Shown: in pieces, positions 36,871-49,354 of the stretch | Layout of the letters: the number at the start of each line of letters is the position of its first letter | Numbering within the stretch: the first letter of the stretch is position 1 | Origin: Okamejei kenojei | Taxonomy: Eukaryota | Reading direction: 5' to 3' | DNA length: 64,000 nt | Assembly (NCBI GenBank): GCA_035221665.1 | Contig: CM069157.1 | Span: forward strand, 8,494,001 to 8,558,000 | Made by a program: the position numbers and the translations under genes | The notes under the pieces: model-generated | Databases searched by the model: none | Seen by the model: only the letters and a program-made list of their open reading frames with translations | Told to the model about the DNA's origin: nothing

Positions 36871-37024
36871 ACCTACTTTGAAATGAATGATGTAGCTGTG
36901 CTGAATTATAATGAAGGTAAAAATCTTTACCATCGATGATTGCGGCCAAACAGAGAGGTCTGCTGCAATCTGAAGAAGGATCCTGACCCAAAATGCCACT
37001 TTTTTAAAAAAAATTTAGGTTATA

Positions 37025-37725
37025 TTAGAGATACAACATGGGAACAGGCCCTTCAGCCCACTGAGTTCATACCAACCAACAATCACCTATACACCAGTTC
37101 TACCTTACACACCAAGGACAATTTACAGAAGCCAATTAACATACAGGCCTTTGGAATGTGGGAGGAAAAGTGAAGCACTTGGAGAAAGCCCATGCTGTCA
37201 CAGGGAGAATGTACAAACTACGCACAGACTGGACATAGAAACATAGAAAATAGGGACAGGAGAAGGCCATTCGGCCCTTCGAGCCAGCACCGCCATTCAA
37301 TATGATCATGGCTGATCGTCCGCTATCAATAACCCGTGCCTGCCTTCTCCCCATATCCCTTGACTCCACTAGCCCCTAGAGCTCTATCCAACTCTCTCTT
37401 AAATCCATCCAGTGATTTGGCCTCCACTGCCCTCTGTGGCAGGGAATTCCATAAATTCACAACTCTCTGGGTAAAAAAGTGTTTTTCAGCTCAGTCTTAA
37501 ATGACCTCCCCTTTATTCTAAGGCTGTGGCCCCTGGTGCTGGACTCACCCAACATTGGGAACATTTTTCCTGCATCTAGCTTGTCCAGTACTTTTATAAT
37601 TTTATATGTTTCTACAAGATCCCCCCTCATCCTTCTAAACTCCAGTGAATACAAGGACCTGTAGTCAGGATCAAACTCGGGACTCTGGAGCTATAAGGCA
37701 GCAACTGCTTTACCACTGCACCACC
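37025..37725 (-). mobile_element. HE1-like SINE interrupted by CR1 family B (37235-37654, minus strand)
   Basis: TSD ggac at 37231-37234 and 37655-37658. ORF 37457-37654 is CR1 C-terminus. Confidence 0.9.
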
Positions 37726-37877
37726 TATCCATGTTCTGCAGAGATGCTGCCTGACCCGCTGAGATACTCCAACACTTTCTGCTCTTTAAAGGTCTGTTGC
37801 AGCTCGAGATTCTTCAGACACCTTGTGGATGCCAACCAAAACTAAGCTAAGCTAAACTAGGCAAAACAAAACTAAGA

Positions 37878-38005
37878 CATCAGTCTGAAGAAGGGTCTCG
37901 ACCTGAAACGTCACCTATTCCTTCTATCCATAGACGCTGCCTCACCCGTTGAGTTTCTCCAGCATTTTTTGTCTACCTTCGATTTTTCCAACATCTGCAT
38001 TTCTT
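37878..38005 (+). mobile_element. PLE terminal repeat with hammerhead-like core
   Basis: cagt-ctgaaga-agggtctcgacct-gaa-acgt-c-acc at 37881-37915. Confidence 0.72.
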
Positions 38006-38076
38006 AAACAAAACTAAGCTTTTGGTTTTTTCTAATTCCCCTTTCTTTTCAGGAAAAAAACCCAATGATTGATATC

Positions 38077-38537
38077 AATGTTGCCAGGGTTCCAGCAACT
38101 ATGTTACAGAGAAAGGTTGAACAAGTTAGGTCTTTATTCTTTGGAGCGCAGAAGGTTAAGGGGGGACTTGATTGAGGTCTTTAAAATGATGAAAGGGATA
38201 GACAGAGTTGACGTGGATACGTTTTTCCCATTGAGGGTAGGGAAGATTCAAACAAGAGGGCATGACATGAGAATTAAGGGACAGAGGTTTCGGGGTAACG
38301 TGAGGGGGAACTTCTTTACTCAGAGGGTGGTGGCTGTGTGGAATGAGCTTCCAGCAGAAGTGGTGGAGGCAGGATCGATTTTAACATTTAAGAGTAAAGG
38401 GGATAGGTATATGGACGTGAAGGGAATGGAGGGGTATGGTCTGAGTGCAGGTGGATGGGACTAGGGGAAAACAAATGGTCGGCACGGACTGGAAGGGCCG
38501 AGAGGGCCTGTTTCCGTGCTGTAATTGTTATATGGTA
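38077..38537 (+). mobile_element. CR1 family A, 5'-truncated
   Basis: ORF 38069-38464 is nearly identical to the C-terminus of 45049-45828. Confidence 0.95.
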
Positions 38538-40084
38538 ATTAAGGTAATGGAGACGTGATCAATGGGACCAAAGACAGACAATTCCTACCAACGACAGATA
38601 GATACAAACAGTTGGAGTAACTCAGCGGGACAGGCAGCATCTCTGGAGAGAAGGAATGGGTAACATTTTGGGAACCCTTTCATTCCCTTCTTATCCCTGT
38701 GCTTTATTAGGATATGCAACCATTCCTTTGGTGGCTTTTTTTTGTAAACAAACATCTGCAGTTCCTCATGTCTAAAAAATGTACTTAACTTTTTTGCCCT
38801 TTCGTAGAGTGATGACAACCTCAAACTTTACATTATTTATAACCTCGGAGAGTCTGCAACAATTTTCACTGTCACCTTCTGAAACTGACCTCCCCAATTG
38901 AATTAAGCCTGGATGCAAGCCTTTCCCTTCAGAAATCTGATTGAAAGTCCTCCTACACACTCGACCCCAGGTCTCTCGAGATCACACTAAATAAAAGGCA
39001 ATGTTGCTCTGTTAAATAGTCACAAGAGCTGTGACCTTTATCTTCAATCAGCTGTAGGTGACAGCTCCCATCCGAGCCGTGTTGCATTCATCATTTTCAC
39101 ATTCAATTGAAATTAATCTTCAAAATACACAACATCCCTTGACATGAGCTGGAAACGGTCATCAACATAGCTTCATAAACTGCGCCATCGCCTGTCGGAA
39201 ATCCAACCGTCAGTAAGGCCAATTCCTTCCTAACATGGGGAGACTGAGATCTGAGAAGATGCATATTCATCAGAAATTGTGCGATGCCTCTGGATGCCCT
39301 GGTAAGTACTGCTGTGTTCTATTCAGGAGACCAGCATCCTCTTTACTAAGCAGCAACAAAATCTAGCAGATTTATAACACTTGGGATGTAGTAATAGGGA
39401 GTATTTGCTTGCAAAATATTTATAAAATTTGGTATCAAAGAGTGAGATATCAGGGCCTAGGATCAAAGGCCTAGGTTTTAAAAAAAGGTTTAAGGTGTGT
39501 TGAAAAGAAGGATGGAGGAGGGAGAGATGAACAAAGAGAATTCCAGAGTTTGGGACCAAGGCAGACATTGTTGTTCAGCTCGAGTTCAGGATTGAGTCTA
39601 GTTTATTGTCATGTGCTCATGCTCATTTTTCTCAGATACAGTGCATTCAGAAAGAAAGAGTTCCTATTGAGTTTTGATTTTAAAAGTGAAGGCAAGTGGA
39701 AGGAAACATTTATGCCACACAAGCTCCAGATAATGACCGTTTAAAATAAGAAAAAAACCCATCTAGACTTCTTGACGTTTCACCATTATATACAAGGGTA
39801 CATGATTTATTGAGAGCGAAAGATATTTCATCAGTGTAGGAAGGAACTGCAGATGCTGGTTTAAACCGAAGATAGATACAAAATGCTGGAGTAACTCAGC
39901 GGCACAGGCCTGCATCTCTGGAGGTGACGTTACATGTCGACCCATTCATCAGAATATGTTGATGAGGCAAGGTTGCATTTAGTGCCCATTTTCATTCTTT
40001 GTGATAAGACAGTGGCAAAACTTCTTAAAATGTGAGCAGCTTCAGACAAGACCGAGTGACTTGCTACTTAGACGTCAACTATGC

Positions 40085-40312
40085 TGGTATGTGGGAGAGT
40101 AAAATTGGACAAATGTGCTGGAGCAACTCAATGGATCAGGCAGCAAGGCTGGAGAACATGGATAGGTGACGTTTCAGGTCAAGTCCCTTTTCAATCTGAG
40201 GAAAGGTCTCGACCCGAAACATCGCCTGTCCATGTTCTCCAGAGAGGCTGCCTGACCCGCTGAGTTACTCCATTATTTTTGTAAACCAGCATCTACAGTT
40301 CCTTGTTTCTAC
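40085..40312. mobile_element. Palindromic PLE terminal-repeat pair
   Basis: Antisense arm at 40105-40195, sense arm from ctgaggaaaggtctcgacccgaaacatc (40196-40223). Confidence 0.72.
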
Positions 40313-40509
40313 TCTGGTATGTTTGAGGTGGGTTTGTGGGATAAAGGGCCTGCTCCGTGCTCTTTGGAACCCACACAAGACTGCAGGAGAGCACAATAAA
40401 TGTTCTTCCACTAAATAAAAAGGACATTGATAAGTTGTTACCAAGAATTCAAGATCCTGCCAATGGAGTACTTACAATCGCACTTTAGGCCCTCCTTGCA
40501 AGCAAGCGT

Positions 40510-40812
40510 GGAATGGTGGCACAGCGGTAGAGTTGCTGCCTTACAGCGCCTGAGACCTGGGTTCGATTCGGACTACGGGCACTGTCTGTAAGGAGTTTGT
40601 ACGTTCTCCCTGTGATCACGTGGGTTTTCCCTGGGTCCTCCGATTTCCCCCCACACCCCAAAGACACACAGGTTGGTAGACTAATTGGCTTTGGTAAAGA
40701 TTGCAAATTGTCCCCAGTGTGTAGGATAGTGCAAATGTACATGGATTGTTGGTCAGCGCGTACTCGGAGGGGCGGAATGGCCTGTTTCCGTGCTGCATCT
40801 CAAAACTAAAAC
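40510..40812 (+). mobile_element. HE1-like SINE
   Basis: Complete head, V-domain and tail. Confidence 0.9.
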
Positions 40813-41198
40813 AAGAATGTTGTTGGTTTTTTTCCATTTTATTCACCTGCAAATGTTTTCTTTGGTGATTAGATTAGCTGCAGGTTTCATCTCAAACAGA
40901 GGAAAAAAATCAAATTATAGTTGTGAACAAAAAAAAATTGAGGTTGTTAAAACAAAGAAATATAGAGAAATCAATTGTCGCTACATAACAATAACAACCA
41001 ATCACAACGTTAGTGGGTCACCTCAGTTGTTCGTGCCAAGAAGCGCAATCAGATATTTGTGTGCCTTCCAACCTTTGAGGCAAGTAAACAAAATTATATT
41101 TTCTATTGATTTAAAAAAATATATTCATGTTTCAAAATACTTTACTACTTCCGGTGCTGTTTAAATGCAAGTTGATATATATAGACATAGATATACAC

Positions 41199-41606
41199 NN
41201 NNNNNNNNNNNNNNNNNNNNNNNNNNNNNNNNNNNNNNNNNNNNNNNNNNNNNNNNNNNNNNNNNNNNNNNNNNNNNNNNNNNNNNNNNNNNNNNNNNNN
41301 NNNNNNNNNNNNNNNNNNNNNNNNNNNNNNNNNNNNNNNNNNNNNNNNNNNNNNNNNNNNNNNNNNNNNNNNNNNNNNNNNNNNNNNNNNNNNNNNNNNN
41401 NNNNNNNNNNNNNNNNNNNNNNNNNNNNNNNNNNNNNNNNNNNNNNNNNNNNNNNNNNNNNNNNNNNNNNNNNNNNNNNNNNNNNNNNNNNNNNNNNNNN
41501 NNNNNNNNNNNNNNNNNNNNNNNNNNNNNNNNNNNNNNNNNNNNNNNNNNNNNNNNNNNNNNNNNNNNNNNNNNNNNNNNNNNNNNNNNNNNNNNNNNNN
41601 NNNNNN
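41199..41606. other. Assembly gap
   Basis: N run. Confidence 0.99.
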
Positions 41607-42285
41607 TGGAATAAGATATAGAAATGCCCTTCAAGCACAAACAACCATTTATCAATCTTCACTGATCTTCACCTTTGTGCGCTAGTTAGTTCATTGGCAC
41701 GTGTACTGAGATACAATGATACATTTTTTTGTTGCATGCTAACCAGTCAGTGGAAAGGCAATACATGATTACAATCGAGCCACCCACAGTGGACAGATAA
41801 CTATCTGTGCACTATCCGTGTATCCCTCGATTCCATTAATGCCAATAAATTTGGCAATCACTTTTTTTGAAAGAACATAACAGCTCAGCATCCATAACGG
41901 CGGGGAATTTCAAGACTCGTCACCAAGATGGTGATTGCGGCAGATGTGTGAATATAGGGTTGGTAAGCAGACCTGTTGTGAGAGGCAGTGCAGTGCACCT
42001 TGACGGTGGGGTGGGGTGGGGTGGGCGGCTGGAGGCCCTGCAGCAGCCTGGGGCTCAGCTGGATCGGCCGTCGCTCCAAGAGGCCGCGCGCGTGGACCAG
42101 ATGCGGCCTGCAGCTGCACAGAGCAGTGGATGGCGGACACCAACGGCTGTATGCTTGGCCAGGCTTACCCACTCATATCTCCAGGACAACGGGCCTTCGT
42201 GTTGTAATGTGTATAATATAAATGGTGTTACCTGCCTCCAAGTTAAAGGGGGAGCTGTGTGACGTATGTGATATAATTAGCATAT

Positions 42286-45200
42286 GTTGTAATAGGGGAC
42301 TCTATAGTTAGGGGGTCGGATAGGCGATTCTGTGGACGCAGTCGGGAGACCCGGATGGTAGTTTGCCTCCCTGGTGCCAGGGTCTCGCATGTGTCAGAAC
42401 GTGTCCAAAAGATTCTGATAAGGGAGGGAGAGGAGCCTGATGTTGTGGTACACATAGGTACCAATGACATAGGCAGAAAAAGTGACGAGGTCCTGAAGGG
42501 AGAATTTAGGGAGTTGAGGGTAAGTTAAGGAGAAGGACCAAAAGGGTAACGATTTCAGGATTACTGCCTGTGCCGCGTGACAGTGAAAGTAGGAATGAAA
42601 TGAGGTGGAGGATAAATGTGTGGCTGAGGGACTGGTGCAGTGGGCAGGGATTCAAGTTTCTTGATCACTGGGACCTCTTTTGGGGAAGGCATGATCTGTA
42701 CACAAAGGACGGGTTGCACTTGAACCCGAGGGGGACCATTATCCTGGCAGGGAGATTTGCAAAGGCTACTGGGGAGACTTTAAACTAGAAAGGCTGGGGG
42801 GAGGGACTCGGGTAGAGGGGGCTAGGGGTCAGGGTGTGGGGCAAGAGGCAGAGAAGGGAAGCACTCGGACCCAAAATGTAGGCGAGAAAGATGAAAAAGA
42901 TAATAGACAGAGAATAAGGGTATATTTTAATGCTAGGGCATTGTAAGTGGGAACTTATAGCCTTGACACCTGGAAAAATGTGTGGCAATATGAAACATTT
43001 TGCAGGATGATTTAGAAACTAAGGCCATCCATACCCTCTGTGCCACATTCCAACCTCACTCTTAAATAAGCCAATGAAACATTATCTCGGTCTTAAAGCT
43101 TATGATCTTCCTGCATCTAGCCTGTCCAACCCCTAAAGAATTTTGTAAGTTTCTATTGGTGGCAATGATGTTGTGGCAATCTGTGAAACATGGTTGCAGG
43201 AGGGCAATGACTGGTGTACCATGATTGAGGGAAACTAAATATTCCAGGATTTTGTTGCTTCAGGTGTGATAGAATTGGAGGAACCAGAGGGGGGATGTTG
43301 AATTGCTTGTCAGAGAAGATATTACAGCAGTGCTTTGGCAGGATAGATTAGAGGGCTCGTCTAGGTAGGCTATTTGGGTGGAACTGAGAAGTGGGAACGG
43401 TGTAGCAACACTTTTAGGGGTGTATTATAGACCGCCAAATGGGGAGCGAGAATTGGAAGAGCAAATATGTAAGGAGATAGCAGATATTAGTAGTAAGCAC
43501 AAGGTAGTGATTGTGGGAGATTTCAATTTTCCAAAAATAGACTGGGAAACACATTCTGTAAATGGGCTGGATGGTTTGGAGTTTGTAAAATGTGTGCAGG
43601 ATAGTTTTTTTGCAGCAGTACATAGAGGTATCGACCAGAGAAGGGGCAGTGCTGGACCTCCTGTTAGGAAATGAGGCAGGTCAGGTGACGGAGGTATGCA
43701 TGGGTGAGCACTTCGGGACCAGTGATCACAATACCATTAGTTTCAATATAATTATGGAGAGAGTCAGAACTGGACCTAGGGTAGAGATTTTTGATTGGAG
43801 AAAGGCTAACTTTGAGGGAATGCGTAAGGATTTTAAAGGAGTGAATTGGGACACTTTGTTTCATGGGAAGGATGTAGAAGAGAAATGGAGGACATTTAAA
43901 GGGGAAATTGTAAGAGTACAGAATCTTTATGTCCCTGTTAGGTTGAAAGGAAACAGTAAAAATTGGAAAGATCCATGGTTTAAGGGAAATTGAACACTTG
44001 TTTCGAAAAAAGAGAGATATCTAAAATAATTATAGGAGACATGGAGTAAATGAGGTGCTAGAGGAGTATAAAGAATGTAAAAAGAATCTTAAGAAAGAAA
44101 TTAGGAAGGCTAAAAGAAGATATGAGGTTGCTTTGGCAAGAAAGGTGAAAGTAAACCCAAAGGGTTTCTACAGCTATATTAATAGCAAAAGGATAACGAG
44201 GGATAAAATTGGACCATTAGAGAACCAGAATGGACAGCTATCTGCAGAGCCAAAAGAGATGGGGGAGATATTGAACAATTTATTTTCTTCGGTATTCACC
44301 AAGGAGAAGGATATTGAACTCTGAGTAAAGGGGAAAAAGTAGAGTAGCAATGGAAACTATGAGATTCAAAGAGGAGGAAGTACTGACACTTTTGAAAAAT
44401 ATAAAAGTGGATAAGTCTCCAGGTCCTGACAGGATATTCCCTAGGACATTGAGGGAAGTTAGTGTAGAAATAGCAGGAGCTATGACAGAAATATTTCAAA
44501 TGTCATTAGAAACGGAAATAGTGCCGGAGGATTGGCGTACTGTGCATGTTGTTCCATTGTTTAAAAAGGGTTCAAAGAATAAACCTAGCAATTATAGACC
44601 TATTAGTTTGACGTCAGTGGTGGGCAAATTAATGGAAAGGATACTTAGAGATAATATATATAAGCATCTGGATAAACAGAGTCTGATCAGAAACAGTCAA
44701 CATGGATTTGTGCCTGGAAGGTCATGTTTGACAAACCTTCTTGAATTTTTTGAAGCGGTAACTAGGGAAATTGATGAGGGTAAAGCAGTGGATGTTGTCT
44801 ATATGGATTTCAGTAAGGCCTTTGACAAGGTTCCCCATGGAAGGTTGGTTAAGAAGGTTCAATCTTTGGGTGTTAATGGCGGAGTAGCAAGATGGATTCA
44901 ACAGTGGTGTTGTGTTGTGGATAATGAAGTAGATTTTCAAAGTCTAAAGAGAGATTTGGGCCATTTGGAAAACATAGAAACATAGAAACATAGAAATTAG
45001 GTGCAGGAGTAGGCCATTCAGCCCTTCGAGCCTGCACCGCCATTCAATATGATCATGGCTGATCAAAAGTGGGCTGAAAGATGGCAGATGGAGTTTAATG
45101 CTGTTAAGTGTGAAGTGCTACATCTTGGCAGGACAAATCAAAATAGGACGTACATGGTAAATGGTAGGGAATTGAGGAATGCTGTGGAACAGAGAGATCT

Positions 45201-45903
45201 AGGAATAACTGTGCATAGTTCCCTGAAGGTGGAATCGCATGTAGATAGGGTGGTAAAGAAAGCCTTTGGTGTGCTGGCCTTTATAAATCAGAGCATTGAA
45301 TATAGGAGTAGGGAAGTAATGTTAAAATTGTACAAGGCATTGGTAAGACCAATTCTGGAGTATGGTGTACAATTTTGGTTGCCTAATGATAGGAAGGATG
45401 TCAACAAAATAGAGAGAGTACAGAGGAGATTTACTAGAATGTTGCCAGGGTTCCAGCAACTCTGTTACAGAGAAAGGTTGAACAAGTTAGGTCTTTATTC
45501 TTTGGAGTGCAGAAGGTTAAGGGGGGACTTGATTGAGGTCTTTAAAATGATGAAAGGGATAGACAGAGTTGACGTGGATACGTTTTTCCCATTGAGGGTA
45601 GGGAAGATTCAAACAAGAGGGCATGACATGAGAATTAAGGGACAGAAGTTTAGGGGTAACGTGAGGGGGAACTTCTTTACTCAGAGGGTGGTGGCTGTGT
45701 GGAATGAGCTTCCAGCAGAAGTGGTGGAGGCAGGATCGATTTTAACATTTAAAAGTAAAGTGGATAGGTATATGGACGGGGAGGGAATGGAGGGGTATGG
45801 AGGGAATGGAGCAGGTAGATGGGACTAGGGGAAAACAAATAGTCGGCACGGACTGGAAGGGCCAAGAGGGCCTGTTTCCGTGCTGTAATTGTTATATGGT
45901 TAT
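42286..45903 (+). mobile_element. Near full-length CR1-clade LINE (family A): ORF1 SGNH esterase plus disrupted ORF2 (APE endonuclease and RT)
   Basis: ORF1 'VIGDSIVRG..CLPGA..HIGTND..DGLHLN'. ORF2 'ETWL', 'GVYYRPPN', 'VGDFNFP', 'LDLLL', 'SDHN', 'KSPGPD', 'NYRPISLTS', 'DFSKAFD'. The QG/YADD segment is deleted, with stops and frameshifts. Confidence 0.97.
44970..45064 (-). mobile_element. Tail-only CR1 (family C) insertion inside the family A RT
   Basis: 'aacatagaaacatagaaacatagaaattaggtgcaggag..ggctgatc' interrupts 'catttggaa|aagtgggct'. Confidence 0.9.
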
Positions 45904-46443
45904 GTCTTGTGCAAGGGGACGCATGCGCTGGGGGAGACTCAAGGTGGCGTCCTAGAATAAAGAAGTTTGGTAGTTTACTCCTGTATCTGAGTGTTATTTT
46001 CAAGCACCCAAATATACTACAGTGGTCAGGTAAAGAAACTCTGCACTTACAATTGGGACTTGAAAATGGTGCCAAACCTAGCAACTCTTGCATACTGCCT
46101 CAGGGTACTATATCTATACACTTGTACTATATCCAAGATGTGTTATGTATGGTAATATTTTTTTCATACAGAATTTCACTGTACCTCAGTACATGTGACA
46201 ATAAAGTATTATTGAACTATCTGAGCGAAGAAGTTTCACATCCAATTCTTCCAAATGATCAACCCCTTATTTGAATTTGTTGTTGTTTATATAGCCAGCT
46301 TCAATTGTTGGCAGCAGACAATTCAATTTAACCGCCGTGCATTTCTTATTTTACAACCTGCTCAATTATCCTATCTTTTGACTTCAAGGTTCAAAGTCTC
46401 CAAAATCAAGCTTTTCACTGCACCTCGGTACAAGTGATAAGAA

Positions 46444-46858
46444 AGGGCCTGTCCCACTTTCACGAGTTAGTCACGAATTCTCCCGAGTCTTCCCCTTGAT
46501 TCAAACTCGCAGAATGTTCGTAACGAGTCCGTAGGAGGTCGTAGATACATCGTAGCGGCCCGTTATGCTAGCCGTAGGTACTCATGGCATCAGGCGAGTC
46601 GGGACGTTTTTTCCAGCCCGATAAAAAATGTCCATCAGTAAGAAAAAAAAAGGTCAGGATGAAAGAAATTGCAACTTTTTACTCATGAGGAGGGCATCAA
46701 AATAGTCGTGGGAATTTGTCGACAGACTCGTAGGAGTTTGTAGAAGTTCGTGAACATAGTCGTGGAATGTCGTAGATTACCACGATCTTAATTTTATTTT
46801 TAGGTCCTTTAAACTCGGCAGAGGTTTTGAATTAAGTCGTGAAAGTGGGACAGGCCCT
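46444..46858. mobile_element. Non-autonomous DNA transposon (PIF/Harbinger-type MITE)
   Basis: 22-bp perfect TIR agggcctgtcccactttcacga / tcgtgaaagtgggacaggccct. Flanks gaa / taa are consistent with a 3-bp TAA TSD. Confidence 0.85.
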
Positions 46859-47244
46859 TAAATTAAACTAAAAATTCAAAGCAGAATACTTCTCACTACC
46901 TAGAAGGCGCACTGTGAGATCTGTGGTTCAAAGACCCAATAGTCTCTGGCTTTCCAATGCTTAAAACAGGTCACCAATCTCAGACTTCTTTCGCGAGAGT
47001 GTAAAATCTTTTAGTTCCAACAAATGAGTGTGAAATGTGAGAATGTCCCTCTGTTCTGTTGCTTCTGTTCTGTGGTTCAATGAGTCATGGCTCCAGTACA
47101 ATCTATCAGCTGCCCATTTCCTACTGTAGTTTATGTGCATTGTAACCCAAGGACAAGAAGATTAGTTCCTAATTTATGAGAGTACTAGTCACTGAGAACA
47201 GTCAGGGCAAAGAGTTATAGTTGTTTTGCACATTAAGGGAATCA

Positions 47245-48058
47245 AGTGGAGTGGCGGCGATGCCTTGGCAGCTGAGGCTCACCTGCAGTCCGTCTGTTTT
47301 TTTCTTTGTTTGTTGTTTTCTTGTCCTGTTTTAGCGTGTTAATTTGAGTTATTAGTTTGTGTATGTGTGTGGGAGGGGTGGGAGAAAACATTTTAGTCTC
47401 TTCCTTCACGGGGGGGACGCAACTTTTCTTGTCGTATCCCCCGTCTCCATCTGCGCTGAGGCCTATCGCAGAGCTGGCGGCCTCCAACTGCGACTGACCT
47501 CGAGGCTCCGGAGGCAGAGCCAGCCAGGACTTACCAGCGCGAGGCTGGCCGACTTCGGGGCTGCGGCGGGTTCCGGCGGCCCGACTCGGAGCTGTGGCGG
47601 CTTTCGGTGGCGGTGGCAGCGACTTCGGAGGTTCGGCCGTGGGCCCAGTGGACGACATCATCGGGAGCTCGCAGGCCACAGGTTGGTGACCTGTTTTTCC
47701 GGAGCTCCCGCGGCAACAGCTGCGTCCGCTGGACTGGAGGGCGGCAGCTTCGACCGCCCCGGGTCGCGGAGTTGAACCGGCCCGCTCGCGGAGCACGGTT
47801 CAGCTACGGGACTTACTTACATAACCCGTGGGGTCACAACATCGGAGGCCTGGATCGCCTCGGCGCAGAGGAAGAACAAGGAGGGAAGAGAGAAAGACTG
47901 AAGATTTTTGCCTTTCATCACGGAGAGGTGGTGTCTAGTGAATTCACTGCGGTGGATGTTAAATTTGTGTTTATTGTGTGTTTTGTTTTTTATTATATGT
48001 ATGACTGCAAGGCAACAAAATTTCGTTCAGACCGAATGGTCTGAATGACAATAAAGTT
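47245..48058 (+). mobile_element. GC-rich non-autonomous retroelement with a Rex1-type tail
   Basis: Same architecture as 33193. Tail hairpin ttcagacc-gaat-ggtctgaa followed by tgacaataaa. Confidence 0.65.
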
Positions 48059-48200
48059 TCCAAGGAACATGGGATTGAGGCAGCGGAGTGGCACGTGTAA
48101 AATATCAGCCATGATTGTTTAGGTTAGAGATGCAGCCTGGAAACAGGCCCTTCGGCCCAGCAAGGTCTGCCAACCATTGATCACCCGTTCACGCTAGTTC

Positions 48201-48882
48201 ATAATAATCATAATTGTAATTTATTGGCCAAGTATGTTTTGCAACATACGAGGAATTTGGTTTGCCGTACAGTCATATCTAAAAAGCAACAAGACAAACA
48301 TAAACATCCACCACAGCGGCTCCTCCACATTCCCCACTGTGATGGAAGGCAATAAAGTCTTACCTTCTTTCCACCTTTTCCTCCTGTGATCGGGGGAGTC
48401 GATCCATCTGCAGCCGGTGATCGAGCTCCCACGTAGGGGCGGTCTAAGCCCCCGCATCGGGACGGTCGAAACACCTGCGGCTTGCTGAGTTCCTGAAATC
48501 TGTCCCTAACCAGGGACCGCGAGTTTCGCGCTGTTAAAGTCCGCAGCACCCGCAGGTTGGAGCATCAAAGGCCGACCCCTGGCGAAGGGATCGCCTGCTC
48601 GGAGATGTTAAAGTCCGCCGGCTCCGCGGTTTTCGAGCTCAAGAAGTCCCAAACAAGAGGCCGCCAACTCCACGATGTTAGGCCGCAGAGCAGGCGGAGA
48701 TACGACATGGAAAAAAAAATCGCATCTCCCTCGAGGAAAGAGAAAGAAAAGTTTCCCCCACCATGATGCATTCATCGTACAAATACAAAAACTAAAGATA
48801 AGCTAAAACGTACATATTACAACAAACTAAAAACAACAAAGATGAAAATGAAAAAGATGCATTCGTTGTACAGTGCCCCAAG
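48201..48882 (-). mobile_element. GC-rich non-autonomous retroelement inserted in an HE1 tail
   Basis: TSD tagttc at 48195-48200 and 48883-48888, tail hairpin gtatgtt-ttgc-aacatac. Shares 'ggtggatgtt..tgtgtt..atgactg' with 47245. Confidence 0.65.
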
Positions 48883-49354
48883 TAGTTCTATCCTAAACAA
48901 AAGCCAAATTACCTTTGGGATGTGTCGCATGTGAATTCACATTAGGCTCCAGAAATGAAAGAAAAATCAGTCCATTCGGCCCATCAGGTCTAATGCACCT
49001 CGATCATGCATTCAATCATGGCGGATCTAATTTTCCTAAATTAAAGGACAAATTACAAAAGCCAATTAACCTGCAAAGGATGCATGCAACGCAAAGAGTG
49101 CAGAGGTGATTCACCAAGATATTGCGAAGATTGAAAGACTTTAGTTCTATGGAGCGATTGATAGGTTGGACTTGAATTTCATTGGGGCAAACGAGGCCTA
49201 GGGGTGACCTGACAGAAACAATTGCAAGAGACATAGGTAGAGTAGGTAAACAGAACCTTTCTTCTGTTGTAGAGGTATCAAGAACAAGAGGATATATTTT
49301 TAAGGTGAAAGTTAGGGGTCTCGAAGGGGATCCGAGTGTTAATGAGTATTAACT

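Larger units (their letters stand above)
42200..46021 (+). mobile_element. ~200 bp LTR-like sequence split by the CR1 insertion (42200-42287 and 45906-46021)
   Basis: Begins tgttgta and ends tactaca (imperfect TG..CA inverted termini), AATAAA at about 45956, shared tatgt at both CR1 junctions. Confidence 0.55.

Noticed and set aside
42245-42262. Polypurine tract followed by an LTR starting at 42256
   Set aside because: The inverted termini fit better with a start at 42200 (tgttgta/tactaca), placing the purine run inside the LTR. This is not fully excluded.
42286-45903. Active autonomous CR1
   Set aside because: The catalytic YADD segment is deleted, and there are stops, frameshifts and an internal insertion.
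47242-48771. Long GC-rich ORFs (also 33021-33875, 41867-42262, 59110-59583)
   Set aside because: They are open on several frames and both strands because of high GC, give low-complexity peptides with no domain motifs, and mostly lie in repeats.
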